Of a stretch of 64,000 nucleotides of DNA, positions 56,271 through 64,000 are shown piece by piece. Location: positions 32,001 to 96,000 of the forward strand of contig CAVTNR010000030.1 of the NCBI GenBank assembly GCA_963736115.1, read 5' to 3'. Positions within the stretch are counted from its first letter, which is position 1; each line of letters starts with the position of its first letter. This stretch comes from an uncultured bacterium. Its GTDB lineage: Bacteria > Zhuqueibacterota > QNDG01 > DTFT01. A program made the translations under genes and the position numbers. Under the pieces are notes generated by a model. That model did no database searches and had not been told where the DNA came from. It saw only the letters and a program-made list of their open reading frames with translations.

Positions 56271-57203
56271 ATGCAGAAAAAACCAGAAATCAGCGTCGTG
56301 ATACCCGTGTACGGCTGTTCCGCTTGCCTGGGCGAATTAACCACGCGTATCCGAGACAGTCTCAAGACGGTCACGAACCGCTTCGAAATCATACTGGTCA
56401 ATGACGCGAGCCCGGATGATTCATGGAATGCGATCAAAGCCCTATGCAAAAAAGACAAGCGGGTGATAGGCGTGAGTCTGTCCAGAAATTTCGGCCAGCA
56501 TCATGCGATCACCGCGGGCCTGGACCTGTGCAAGGGAGAATGGGCCGTTGTCATGGACTGCGACCTTCAGGACAGGCCTGAGGAAATCCCGAACCTGTAT
56601 CAAAAAGCGCGGGAAGGGTATGACATCGTGCTCGCGAGACGGTCGTCGCGCAGGGACAATTGGATCAAGAAAACCGCTTCGAAAGCATTCTACCGCACTT
56701 TGGCTTTCCTGACCGGCTCGGAACAGGACGAGACGGTAGCCAATTTCGGAATATACAGCAATCAAGTGATACGCGAAGTGGTCCGCCTGCGCGAAAGTGT
56801 GCGGTATTTCCCCACCATGGTGAAATGGGTCGGGTTTAGAACAGCGACGCTCGACGTGCGCCACTCGCCGCGCACGCACGGAAAAACCTCGTATAATTTC
56901 CATAAGATGCTCAAACTCAGCCAGGACATCATTCTGGCATACAGCGACAAGCCCCTGCGCATCATTGTCACCGCGGGCGTGACTATCGCGGCACTGTCCT
57001 TCCTGCTTGGAATTTTCATCATGATCAAGTGGTTCAGGGGCGAGATCGAGGTCATGGGCTATGCCAGCCTCATCACGAGCCTCTGGTTCCTGGCAGGCGT
57101 CATCCTCGCCACTCTGGGCATGACCGGCCTGTATATCGGAAAAATATTCGAGACCGTCAAGAACCGGCCGCTGTACATCATCGGCGAGAGAATCAACGTT
57201 TGA
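56271..57203 (+). CDS. GT2 glycosyltransferase, polyprenyl-phosphate (GtrB-like) type
   Basis: ISVVIPVY, VNDASPD, SRNFGQH.AI.AGL, MDCDLQD.PE, two C-terminal TM helices, K.RPLYII. Confidence 0.93.
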   Translation: MQKKPEISVVIPVYGCSACLGELTTRIRDSLKTVTNRFEIILVNDASPDDSWNAIKALCKKDKRVIGVSLSRNFGQHHAITAGLDLCKGEWAVVMDCDLQDRPEEIPNLYQKAREGYDIVLARRSSRRDNWIKKTASKAFYRTLAFLTGSEQDETVANFGIYSNQVIREVVRLRESVRYFPTMVKWVGFRTATLDVRHSPRTHGKTSYNFHKMLKLSQDIILAYSDKPLRIIVTAGVTIAALSFLLGIFIMIKWFRGEIEVMGYASLITSLWFLAGVILATLGMTGLYIGKIFETVKNRPLYIIGERINV

Positions 57204-57226
57204 ACCTTAGCGCGTTTTGAACAGGA

Positions 57227-57270
57227 TGTCGTCCTGAGGCTGGCTCCCCTGCTATGCCCCTAAAGGACCC
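57227..57270 (+). repeat. 45-nt TGTC-type dispersed element (copy 2 of 4)
   Basis: TGTCGTCCTGAGGCTGGCTCCCCTGCTATGCCCCTAAAGGACCC. Confidence 0.75.
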
Positions 57271-57312
57271 CGGGGATGGTTGTTTAAAACAATGCTGCGT
57301 GAACGGAACCGC

Positions 57313-58005
57313 ATGATCCAAAAGCTCAAATGGGATTCCGAATTTTTCGGGTACCCGGTCGGTATCCTGAAAACGAAGGAATACGATCCGACGCAGCACC
57401 GGACATTTCTCCGCGAGGCGAAGGATTACAGGCTGGTTTATATGTTTCTCGACCGTCCAATTACCCGCAAGCCGAAAGGCTTCAGGCTTGTGGACAAGAA
57501 AGCCGTATTCGTCCGGAAAACGGAAAAAGTTGAAATCCCATCAGGCCCGGGCCGCATTCTCCGTTTCCGGGGTAAACCCAACAGGACCCTGATCCGCCTG
57601 GCCATGGAAAGCGGAAAACATTCGAGATATAAAACAGACCCCGGCTTCAGCAACGGCGAGTTCAGAAAACTGTACAAAAAATGGATTGAAAACAGCGTCA
57701 GCGGCGCTTCCGCGAAAGCGACATATGTTTACCGGGTCCAAGAAAAAACAGCCGGGTTCGTCACTGTGCAGGTCGAGGGCAAGACCGCAAGCATCGGCCT
57801 TATTGCCGTATCCGGAAAATTCCGCGGCAAGGGCATAGGTACGGCTTTGGTCCTTCATGCGGTCCGGAAAGCCTCTGATTTCGGGTGCAAAACCATCACG
57901 GTCGCGACCCAGCTCGACAATGACCCGGCAGTCCGGCTGTACCTGAGCAACTGCTTCCGGCTCCGGAGCGTCACAATGATCTATCATTATTGGGCCCATC
58001 GATGA
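57313..58005 (+). CDS. wecD: GNAT acetyltransferase, WecD (dTDP-fucosamine acetyltransferase)-like
   Basis: L.WDSEFFG, SRYKTDP, LY..WIENS, IGLIAV...RGKGIG, VATQLDN..A..LY. Adjacent to wecE. Confidence 0.8.
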   Translation: MIQKLKWDSEFFGYPVGILKTKEYDPTQHRTFLREAKDYRLVYMFLDRPITRKPKGFRLVDKKAVFVRKTEKVEIPSGPGRILRFRGKPNRTLIRLAMESGKHSRYKTDPGFSNGEFRKLYKKWIENSVSGASAKATYVYRVQEKTAGFVTVQVEGKTASIGLIAVSGKFRGKGIGTALVLHAVRKASDFGCKTITVATQLDNDPAVRLYLSNCFRLRSVTMIYHYWAHR

Positions 58006-59165
58006 TTCCTTTCAACAAGCCGACGCTCACGGGCGAGGAGGCCAAGTTCATCCGGCAGGCCTGCGGGTCCGGCAAGATTTCCGGCAACGGCGATTTTACG
58101 CAAAAATGCCAGCGTTTTTTCGAGGAGCGTTTCGGTTTTCAGAAATGTCTGCTCACAAGCTCCTGCACGGACGGCCTTGAGATGTCCGCGTTGCTGTGCG
58201 GTGTTGAGCCCGGAGACGAGGTCATTATGCCCTCGTACACGTTCGTCAGCACGGCCAATGCCTTTGTGCTGAGGGGCGCGAAAATCGTTTTCTGCGACAG
58301 CCGGCCGGACCATCCCGGCATGGATGAAAACAGCCTCGACGCGCTGATCACGCCGAAAACCAAAGTCGTCGTGCCAGTGCATTACGCCGGAGTCGCATGC
58401 GACATGGACAAAATCATGCGGCTCGCGAAAAAGCGCGGCTTGTTTGTGGTCGAGGACGCGGCCCAGGCCGTGGACAGCCTCTATGTCGGTCCGGACGGAA
58501 GGCCGAAGCCGCTCGGGTCCATCGGTCATTTCGCGGCTTTCTCCTTTCACGAGACCAAGAACCTGATTTCCGGAGAAGGCGGCATGCTCGTGGTCAATGA
58601 CAGGCGGCACGAGAAGCGCGCGGAAATCATATGGGAGAAGGGCACGAACCGGGCGCAGTTCTATAGGGGCGAGGTGAACAAATACGGATGGGTGGATGTC
58701 GGGTCGTCATTTCTACCGTCCGAAATCACGGCGGCCTTTCTGTGGGCACAGACCCAGAAACTGGAAAAAATCCAGAACAGGCGGCTGGCCATATGGAACG
58801 ATTACCACAAACGGCTGGAGCCCTTGTTCCGCGACGGTCTGGTGCGCGGACCCTTCATTCCCGATTATGCCACGAACAACGGCCACATGTTCTACCTGGT
58901 GTGCGATTCCCTGTCGCAGAGGGACGGCCTGATCAGCTATCTGCGAAAGAACGGCATCATGGCCATATTCCATTATCTGTCATTGCATCGTTCGCCGTAT
59001 TTCAAAAAACAGTATGAAGGCGGAAGACTGAAATACGCGGATCTGTATTCGGACCGCCTGGTCCGGCTCCCGTTTTTCTACTCCCTGAAGCCCGCTGAAG
59101 TGAAGTTCATATGCGAGAAGGTGACCGCGTTTTTCAGGGGCAGGACAATTGACTCCGGGGTCTGA
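58002..59165 (+). CDS. wecE: dTDP-4-amino-4,6-dideoxygalactose transaminase
   Basis: MIPFNKP, SYTFVSTANAF, VHYAGVACDMD, EDAAQ, SFHETKN (PLP lysine), EKGTNR, AIFHYLSLH. Confidence 0.95.
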   Translation: MIPFNKPTLTGEEAKFIRQACGSGKISGNGDFTQKCQRFFEERFGFQKCLLTSSCTDGLEMSALLCGVEPGDEVIMPSYTFVSTANAFVLRGAKIVFCDSRPDHPGMDENSLDALITPKTKVVVPVHYAGVACDMDKIMRLAKKRGLFVVEDAAQAVDSLYVGPDGRPKPLGSIGHFAAFSFHETKNLISGEGGMLVVNDRRHEKRAEIIWEKGTNRAQFYRGEVNKYGWVDVGSSFLPSEITAAFLWAQTQKLEKIQNRRLAIWNDYHKRLEPLFRDGLVRGPFIPDYATNNGHMFYLVCDSLSQRDGLISYLRKNGIMAIFHYLSLHRSPYFKKQYEGGRLKYADLYSDRLVRLPFFYSLKPAEVKFICEKVTAFFRGRTIDSGV

Positions 59166-59267
59166 TTGCGCAAGCCACGCAATGCGGGTGGACGGACTGT
59201 CCCGGACTTGATCAGGGTGACGGACGGGGTTCTCGCGAAATGACAGATACCTTGTGCTGGTTTTAAT

Positions 59268-60116
59268 ATGATCCCCATCCCCTCCATAGCCCCCAAGCTC
59301 CGTAAAAACCGCGAAGGCATATGGACAAGCGAGGCAGACACCCGCGTGTCCTATCCGGCGGAAGGCCATGACGCCTGCTACGCGGTTGAAGAGAAGTCAT
59401 TCTGGTTCAACATCGGAATCAATGCATCCTCTCCGTGATGAAAGCCTTCCCGCCGGCGGGCGCGCTTTTCGACATCGGAGGCGGAAACGGTTTCGTATCC
59501 CTGGCTCTGGAACGGGCGGGTTTCGAGACGGTTCTCGTGGAGCCCGGGCCGCAGGGCGCGAGCCACGCAAAGCGCGAGGGGCTGAAAACCGTGATCCGCG
59601 CCACAACCGAATCCGCGGGGTTCAGGCCCGCATCCCTTCCAGCTGTAGGGCTGTTCGACGTGATCGAGCATATCGCGGACGACACGGCTTTTCTGAAATC
59701 AATCGGCAACCTGATGGTCAAAGGCGGCCGCATCTACATGACAGCTCCCGCGTATCCCGTACTCTGGTCGGACGAGGACGAGGCGGCCGGGCATTTCAGG
59801 CGATACAGACTGAAGGGTCTGGAAGCAACCGCGGTCAAAGCAGGGTTTGAAATCGAGTTTTCATCCCATATTTTCCGTTTTCTCCCTATTCCAATCGTTC
59901 TTTTCCGAAGCCTGCCGTATAGGCTGGGTCTGCACGGACACGGAAAAAAGAACCTGAACCAGGCCGACGTCCAGCGCGACCATGAGGCAGGAGGAAGCAT
60001 TCTGAAGAGAACAACGGAATCCCTGCTCCGTTCCGAGCCGGCCAGAACTCGAGGCAAAAAAGCCCATGGGTTTCGGGGGTAGCTGTCTGGTGGTGGGGAG
60101 AAACACGGCAAGTTAG
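59268..60116 (+). CDS. Class I SAM-dependent methyltransferase, split by two frameshifts
   Basis: From ATG 59268: ...VSYPAEGHDACYAVEEKSFWF, shift near 59409, then HRNQCI...FDIGGGNG...FDVIEHI...LWSDED..AGHFRRY, shift near 60058, then PMGFGGSCLVV to TAG 60116. Confidence 0.85.
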
Positions 60117-60250
60117 CAGAGAGGCGTTCCGAGTCAGAAAAACACGCTGGCTTTCAACCCGGAACTCTGAACACGGAACTCGGAACCTTTTTCCCTTCCC
60201 TCCGGTTTCCCTTGCATCCCTCCCTTTTATTCATTAACATTCAACCTCAT

Positions 60251-60266
60251 TGGCACAGAGTTTGAA
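60251..60266 (+). promoter_or_regulatory. Possible sigma-54 promoter upstream of the PAP2 gene
   Basis: TGGCAC-AGAGT-TTGAA. The -24 box is perfect, the -12 box reads GA instead of GC. Confidence 0.4.
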
Positions 60267-60315
60267 CCTAATTTACCGGATAACCCGTACACCTGAAATA
60301 AAGAAGTTAGCAACC

Positions 60316-60855
60316 ATGAACCGCAGCACACGGAAATTTTTGAAATTCCTGCTCCGCCTGGACCGCGATCTGGCTATTTTCATCTCAGGCCTGAACGGCA
60401 GAAAATTGCTCGACCGCGTCATGGTCGGATTTTCCAGGTTCGGGAACGGGTATGTGTATCCGTTTGTGGTCCTGGGAGTCACAGCTTTCGACACCCAGAT
60501 CATGCGGCCTTTCTTCTCAGCCGGACTCGCGTCATTCGTGGTTCAGCATTCCGCGTACAAGTTCGTGAAATCCAGAACCCGCAGGCTGAGGCCTTTCGAG
60601 GCCATTCCCCAGATCCGAAAAATCATTTCATTTCCCGACCGGTTCTCCTTCCCTTCGGGACATGCGGCAGGCGCTTTTATGGCGGCCACGCTGTTCGGTT
60701 ATTTCTACCCCGGATCAGGAATGGCCTGTTACAGCGTCGCCTCCCTGGTCGGATTCTCGCGCGTTTACAACGGCATTCACTACCCCTCTGATGTCCTCGC
60801 TGGAAGCCTGCTGGGCGTCATCAGCGCCCGTCTCGGCCTCATGATCGTGATCTGA
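60316..60855 (+). CDS. PAP2-family membrane phosphatase
   Basis: K..T.R.RP, SFPSGHA, SRVYNGIHYPSDVLAG. Confidence 0.93.
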   Translation: MNRSTRKFLKFLLRLDRDLAIFISGLNGRKLLDRVMVGFSRFGNGYVYPFVVLGVTAFDTQIMRPFFSAGLASFVVQHSAYKFVKSRTRRLRPFEAIPQIRKIISFPDRFSFPSGHAAGAFMAATLFGYFYPGSGMACYSVASLVGFSRVYNGIHYPSDVLAGSLLGVISARLGLMIVI

Positions 60856-60897
60856 CGTAAATGCGCAGGTTGCGGCCGCATTCCATTACGATTTGAT

Positions 60898-60926
60898 TTG
60901 ACATTTTCGTCACGATTTTTTATATT
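60898..60926 (+). promoter_or_regulatory. Sigma-70-type promoter
   Basis: TTGACA, 17-bp spacer, TATATT. Confidence 0.75.
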
Positions 60927-60932
60927 ATTATA

Positions 60933-61059
60933 TCAAACAAGGAGTTAAGCGGAGCCGAGCGCTTATCGTGGATATATACTTACATCACTGCGGGCATAAG
61001 ACATTGAACTCGACCTGACAGGCATGGGCACAGGGGCATCCTCTGTGCCTTTCTTATTT
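60933..61059 (+). ncRNA. Candidate small RNA (or short leader-peptide transcript)
   Basis: Lies between a near-consensus promoter and an intrinsic terminator with no substantial ORF. Family not recognised. Confidence 0.45.
61027..61059 (+). terminator. Rho-independent terminator
   Basis: GGCACAGGGG-CAT-CCTCTGTGCC followed by TTTCTTATTT. Confidence 0.75.
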
Positions 61060-61275
61060 GGCATGGGAATCGCTCTTTTGAACAGGTTGACTCGTTTCTG
61101 TCTTTGAAAATCAACGGTTTACGACCGGCGACTCACGACCGCCGGCCGATTGTCATTGTCGATTTCGATCCGATCGGTCAATCCCCGCCATGGGAGTGAC
61201 GGGGCGGAGCTTTGGATTCAGGATCTTGTTTGAGCATAGAGCAGCTAACAATATTATATCTTGACATGTTGACAA

Positions 61276-61335
61276 TGTCACCCTGAGGCCGACTCTCCTG
61301 CTTTGCCCCCGAAGGGCCTTTTAAAGGCAAGCAAC
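61276..61335 (+). repeat. Left direct repeat (TGTC-type element, copy 3 of 4)
   Basis: 47/60 identities, ungapped, to 62151-62210 (counted by hand). Confidence 0.85.
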
Positions 61336-61343
61336 TCACCCCA

Positions 61344-61574
61344 ATGACAGCACAAGAAGAAAAACAGGCGATTCGTGATTATGCCGAGAGATGGCGGCGT
61401 TTGGCCCCCATACTTGAAGAGGAGCGGAAGAACCGCGTCCGCAGCATGAACACAATGGAGTTCATCGAAGCGACATCCGATCTGTACGACTTCTGCCTCC
61501 GGACCCAGGAGCCGCGCCTGACTTCAGGCCTGATCATCCAGCAGGCGCTTTTCAGAAAGATCGCCGGAAAATGA
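61344..61574 (+). CDS. Small helical protein, putative partner (antitoxin-like) of the downstream nucleotidyltransferase
   Basis: 76 aa, charged and helical, ATGA overlap with the next gene. Confidence 0.7.
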   Translation: MTAQEEKQAIRDYAERWRRLAPILEEERKNRVRSMNTMEFIEATSDLYDFCLRTQEPRLTSGLIIQQALFRKIAGK

Positions 61575-62125
61575 CGAGTCTGATTCTCGAAGCCAGATCG
61601 ATTCAGGATTTTTTTGAAGAAAGGGGATGGCGCTTCTGTTTCATCGGGGGCCTGGCCGTGCTCCGCTGGGGAGAGCCGAGAATGACCGTGGATGCGGACC
61701 TGACGCTGTTCACGGGTTTCGGCGGAGAGGAACCCTTTATCGACGCGCTCGCTGAAAGGTTCAGGCCCCGTGTGTCCGAAATGAGGCGTTTTGCGATCAA
61801 AAACCTGGTTGTTCTCCTGTGGTCTGACTTGGGCATACCGTTCGACGTGGCTTTGGCCGGGCTTCCGTTCGAAGAAACGGCCGTGACGAACGCCACTCCA
61901 TTCGAGTTTGCGAAGGACGTTTTCCTGAAAACCTGCACAGCCGAGGATCTGATCGTGATGAAGGCCTTCTCGGGACGTGAGAAGGACTGGTCCGATATCG
62001 AGGGCGTTCTGGCAAAACAGCGCGGTCGGTTGAACTGGCCCCGCATCTGGGAGTCGCTCGAACCCCTGGCCGCGGCAACGGATAAAAGAGAAATGATTCT
62101 AAGACTGAAGAGACTGGCGGAATGA
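61571..62125 (+). CDS. Pol-beta-superfamily nucleotidyltransferase (DUF6036 / AbiEii-like)
   Basis: FIGGLAV..WGEPRMTVDAD (GG...R.T.DxD), EDLIVMKA..GR.KD..D. Confidence 0.82.
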   Translation: MTSLILEARSIQDFFEERGWRFCFIGGLAVLRWGEPRMTVDADLTLFTGFGGEEPFIDALAERFRPRVSEMRRFAIKNLVVLLWSDLGIPFDVALAGLPFEETAVTNATPFEFAKDVFLKTCTAEDLIVMKAFSGREKDWSDIEGVLAKQRGRLNWPRIWESLEPLAAATDKREMILRLKRLAE

Positions 62126-62150
62126 GCGATCTGTCTGCAAATCGCAAGTA

Positions 62151-62210
62151 CGTCGCCCTGAGACCTACCCTCCTGCTCTTCTCCCGAAGGGCCTTCAAAC
62201 GGCAAAAAAC
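62151..62210 (+). repeat. Right direct repeat (TGTC-type element, copy 4 of 4)
   Basis: CGTCGCCCTGAGACCTACCCTCCTGCTCTTCTCCCGAAGGGCCTTCAAACGGCAAAAAAC. Confidence 0.85.
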
Positions 62211-62244
62211 GGACCTGAAGCCCGGAACCCGGAACAGTTAAAGA

Positions 62245-63398
62245 TTGTCTGACCAACCCCCCAAAGTCTTCGTCTCCGGCTGTTTCGACATGCTGCACAG
62301 CGGGCATGTGGCTTTTCTGAAGGAAGCGGCCACGTACGGCGATCTCTACGTGGGCATCGGGTCGGATGACACCATACGCGAGCTCAAGGGCCGGTACACG
62401 GTGAACACGCAGGACGAGCGCAAGTACATGATCTCTGCCCTGTCCTGCGTGAAAGAATGCCGCGTCGACCGGGGGTCGGGCATTCTCGATTTTCTGCCTG
62501 AACTCGACGACATCAAGCCGGACATTTTCATCGTGAACGAGGACGGCGCCACGCCTGAAAAGGAAGCGCTGTGCAAAGTGCGGGACATCCGGTACGTGAT
62601 TCTGAAGCGCGTGCCGCACCCCGGACTGCCGCGCCGGTCGACCACGGATCTGCGGACCCTAAACGTGATTCCGTACCGCGTGGACATAGCAGGCACGTGG
62701 ATAGACCAGCCGTACGTGTCAAAGCACCACCCGGGCGCCGCTGTGCTGGCCTCCATAGAGCCCACGGTGGAATTCAACGAGCGCAGCGGCATGGCGTCGA
62801 GCACGCGCAAGGTGGCCCTGAAACAGTGGCCTGCCGGCCTGCCCGACGGCAAGGCGGAGGAAACGGCCCGCATGCTGTTTTACTGCGACAATCCCCCGGG
62901 CAAGCAGGAAATTTCCGGTTCACAGGACTCCCTTGGCATCGCGCTCCCGGGCCTGAACCGCGTTTTTTATGACGGCAACGGGTACTGGCCCGCGGCCATT
63001 GATTCGGTGCACGACGAGGATGTTCTTTCCTGGCTTGAGCAGAGGCTTTGCCTTGTCACGCTCTGGCCCAGGCCGGACGGGTTCAATGTGCTCGAGGGAT
63101 CGGACATCTGCAAACCCAAGGTGGCCCGTCTGGCAGCGGCAGCGGACGGATGCTGGCAGGCCATTTTGCGCATGGATACAACCGCGTTCGGCAAGCACTT
63201 TCTGGAGTCATTCGAAGCCCAGGTTTCCATGTTCCCGAAAATGCTGAATGAGCGGATACAAACCGTGATCGATCAATACCGGAACAAAGCCATCGGCTGG
63301 AAGCTTTCCGGCGCAGGCGGCGGCGGCTACCTCATCCTCGCCGTCCGCGAACCCTGGAGAATGCAATCCGCATTAAAATTCGGCGGAGAAGTTTTTAG
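62245..63398 (+). CDS. Cytidylyl/adenylyltransferase - GHMP kinase fusion, frameshifted near the C-terminus
   Basis: SGCFDMLHSGH and RSTT, then PYRVDIAGTWID, RSGMASS, GSQD, GWKLSGAGGGGY. A shift near 63355 gives ENAIRIKIRRRSF and a stop at 63398. Confidence 0.85.
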
Positions 63399-63421
63399 TT
63401 TTCATCCTGAATTGTCGGTAA

Positions 63422-63470
63422 TGTCATCCCCGCGGACGTGTCTTTTCATCCGCGTCAGCGCGGGGATCCA
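63422..63470 (+). repeat. TGTC-type REP-like palindrome
   Basis: TGTCATCCCCGCG...CGCGGGGATCC. A similar reverse-oriented hairpin lies at 44200-44230. Confidence 0.65.
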
Positions 63471-63528
63471 GGGGAGGGGCGGTGGGTGTGTTCTCGATCG
63501 CGGCAACCAAAACGTAATCGGCGGTAAC

Positions 63529-64000
63529 ATGAAAAAAGCACTCATCAGGCTGGAATAACCGGTCAAGACGGATCATATTTAACCGAGCAACTCCTCGAAA
63601 AAGGCTACGAAGTCCACGGCATCATGCGGCGATCCAGTTCTTTCAATACCGGAAGAATCGACCATCTCTTCAACGATCCCAAAGTCCACGGCAAAACCTT
63701 TCACCTGCATCACGGCGACCTGACCGACTCCAGCAACCTCAACCGCCTGATCGAGAAAATCCGTCCGGACGAAGATATCACAATCTCGGCGCGCAGAGCC
63801 ACGTGAAAGTGTCCTTCGAAATGCCGGAATACACGGCTGAAGTCGACGCCATCGGCACGCTCCGTTTTCTGGACGCGATCAAGGAAACAGGCGTGAAGAG
63901 CCGGCTTCTACCAGGCATCGACAAGCGAACTCTACGGCCTGGCGCAGGAGAGTGCCCCAGACCGAGAAAACGCCGTTCTACCCGCGGTCCCCGTACGCCG
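63529..64000 (+). CDS. gmd: GDP-mannose 4,6-dehydratase, 3'-truncated, with several frameshifts
   Basis: Across frames: MKKALI / [37 protein letters not shown]...[10 protein letters not shown] / [33 protein letters not shown] / [11 protein letters not shown] / [13 protein letters not shown]. Confidence 0.93.

Noticed and set aside
61059-61074. Third sigma-54-like motif TGGCAT-N5-TCGCT
   Set aside because: Two deviations from consensus and about 270 bp from the next start codon, so too weak to call.
63399-63558. C-terminal extension of the 437-aa ORF
   Set aside because: Product of a frameshift. It reads through a REP-like palindrome and into the gmd start.

Overview
A 64-kb window of GC-rich bacterial chromosome with about 50 mostly housekeeping or envelope genes. 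A PorU-like C25 sortase, an LptD-like protein, TonB receptors and a corrinoid protein point to a diderm, probably anaerobic, FCB-superphylum organism (inference). Gene content: ROK kinase, lptD-like, alpha-2-macroglobulin / MBL hydrolase / pbpC, ddl, orphan hypAB, class II fba, PorU-like / iscU-like / yigZ, a long-subunit ATP-citrate lyase (aclBA), ftcD, the eno-ftsB-OMP-rsbW-PP2C-rlmN-EamA operon, a GntR / corrinoid / Gfo cluster, a CsgG-like lipoprotein trio, YfiR plus three tandem TonB receptors behind a sigma-54 motif, and a surface-polysaccharide region (GT2, wecD, wecE, methyltransferase, NTase-GHMP kinase fusion, gmd) that contains a TA-like gene pair. I saw no rRNA, tRNA, CRISPR array, transposase or integrase. 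The most unusual signal is non-coding. Many intergenic gaps are built from recurring, often nested, structured modules: (i) seven GTAG-led hairpins with an invariant foot, an invariant bulged T and freely varying but base-paired tops, mostly as A-type/T-type doublets; (ii) oriented GTTCNNN / NNNGAAC heptamer arrays; (iii) an ungapped 45-nt TGTC-type element, two copies of which bracket the TA-like pair as direct repeats. There is also a promoter-to-terminator unit of about 125 nt that looks like an unannotated small RNA. Frameshifts near 42.3 kb and in the last 5 kb are probably consensus errors.
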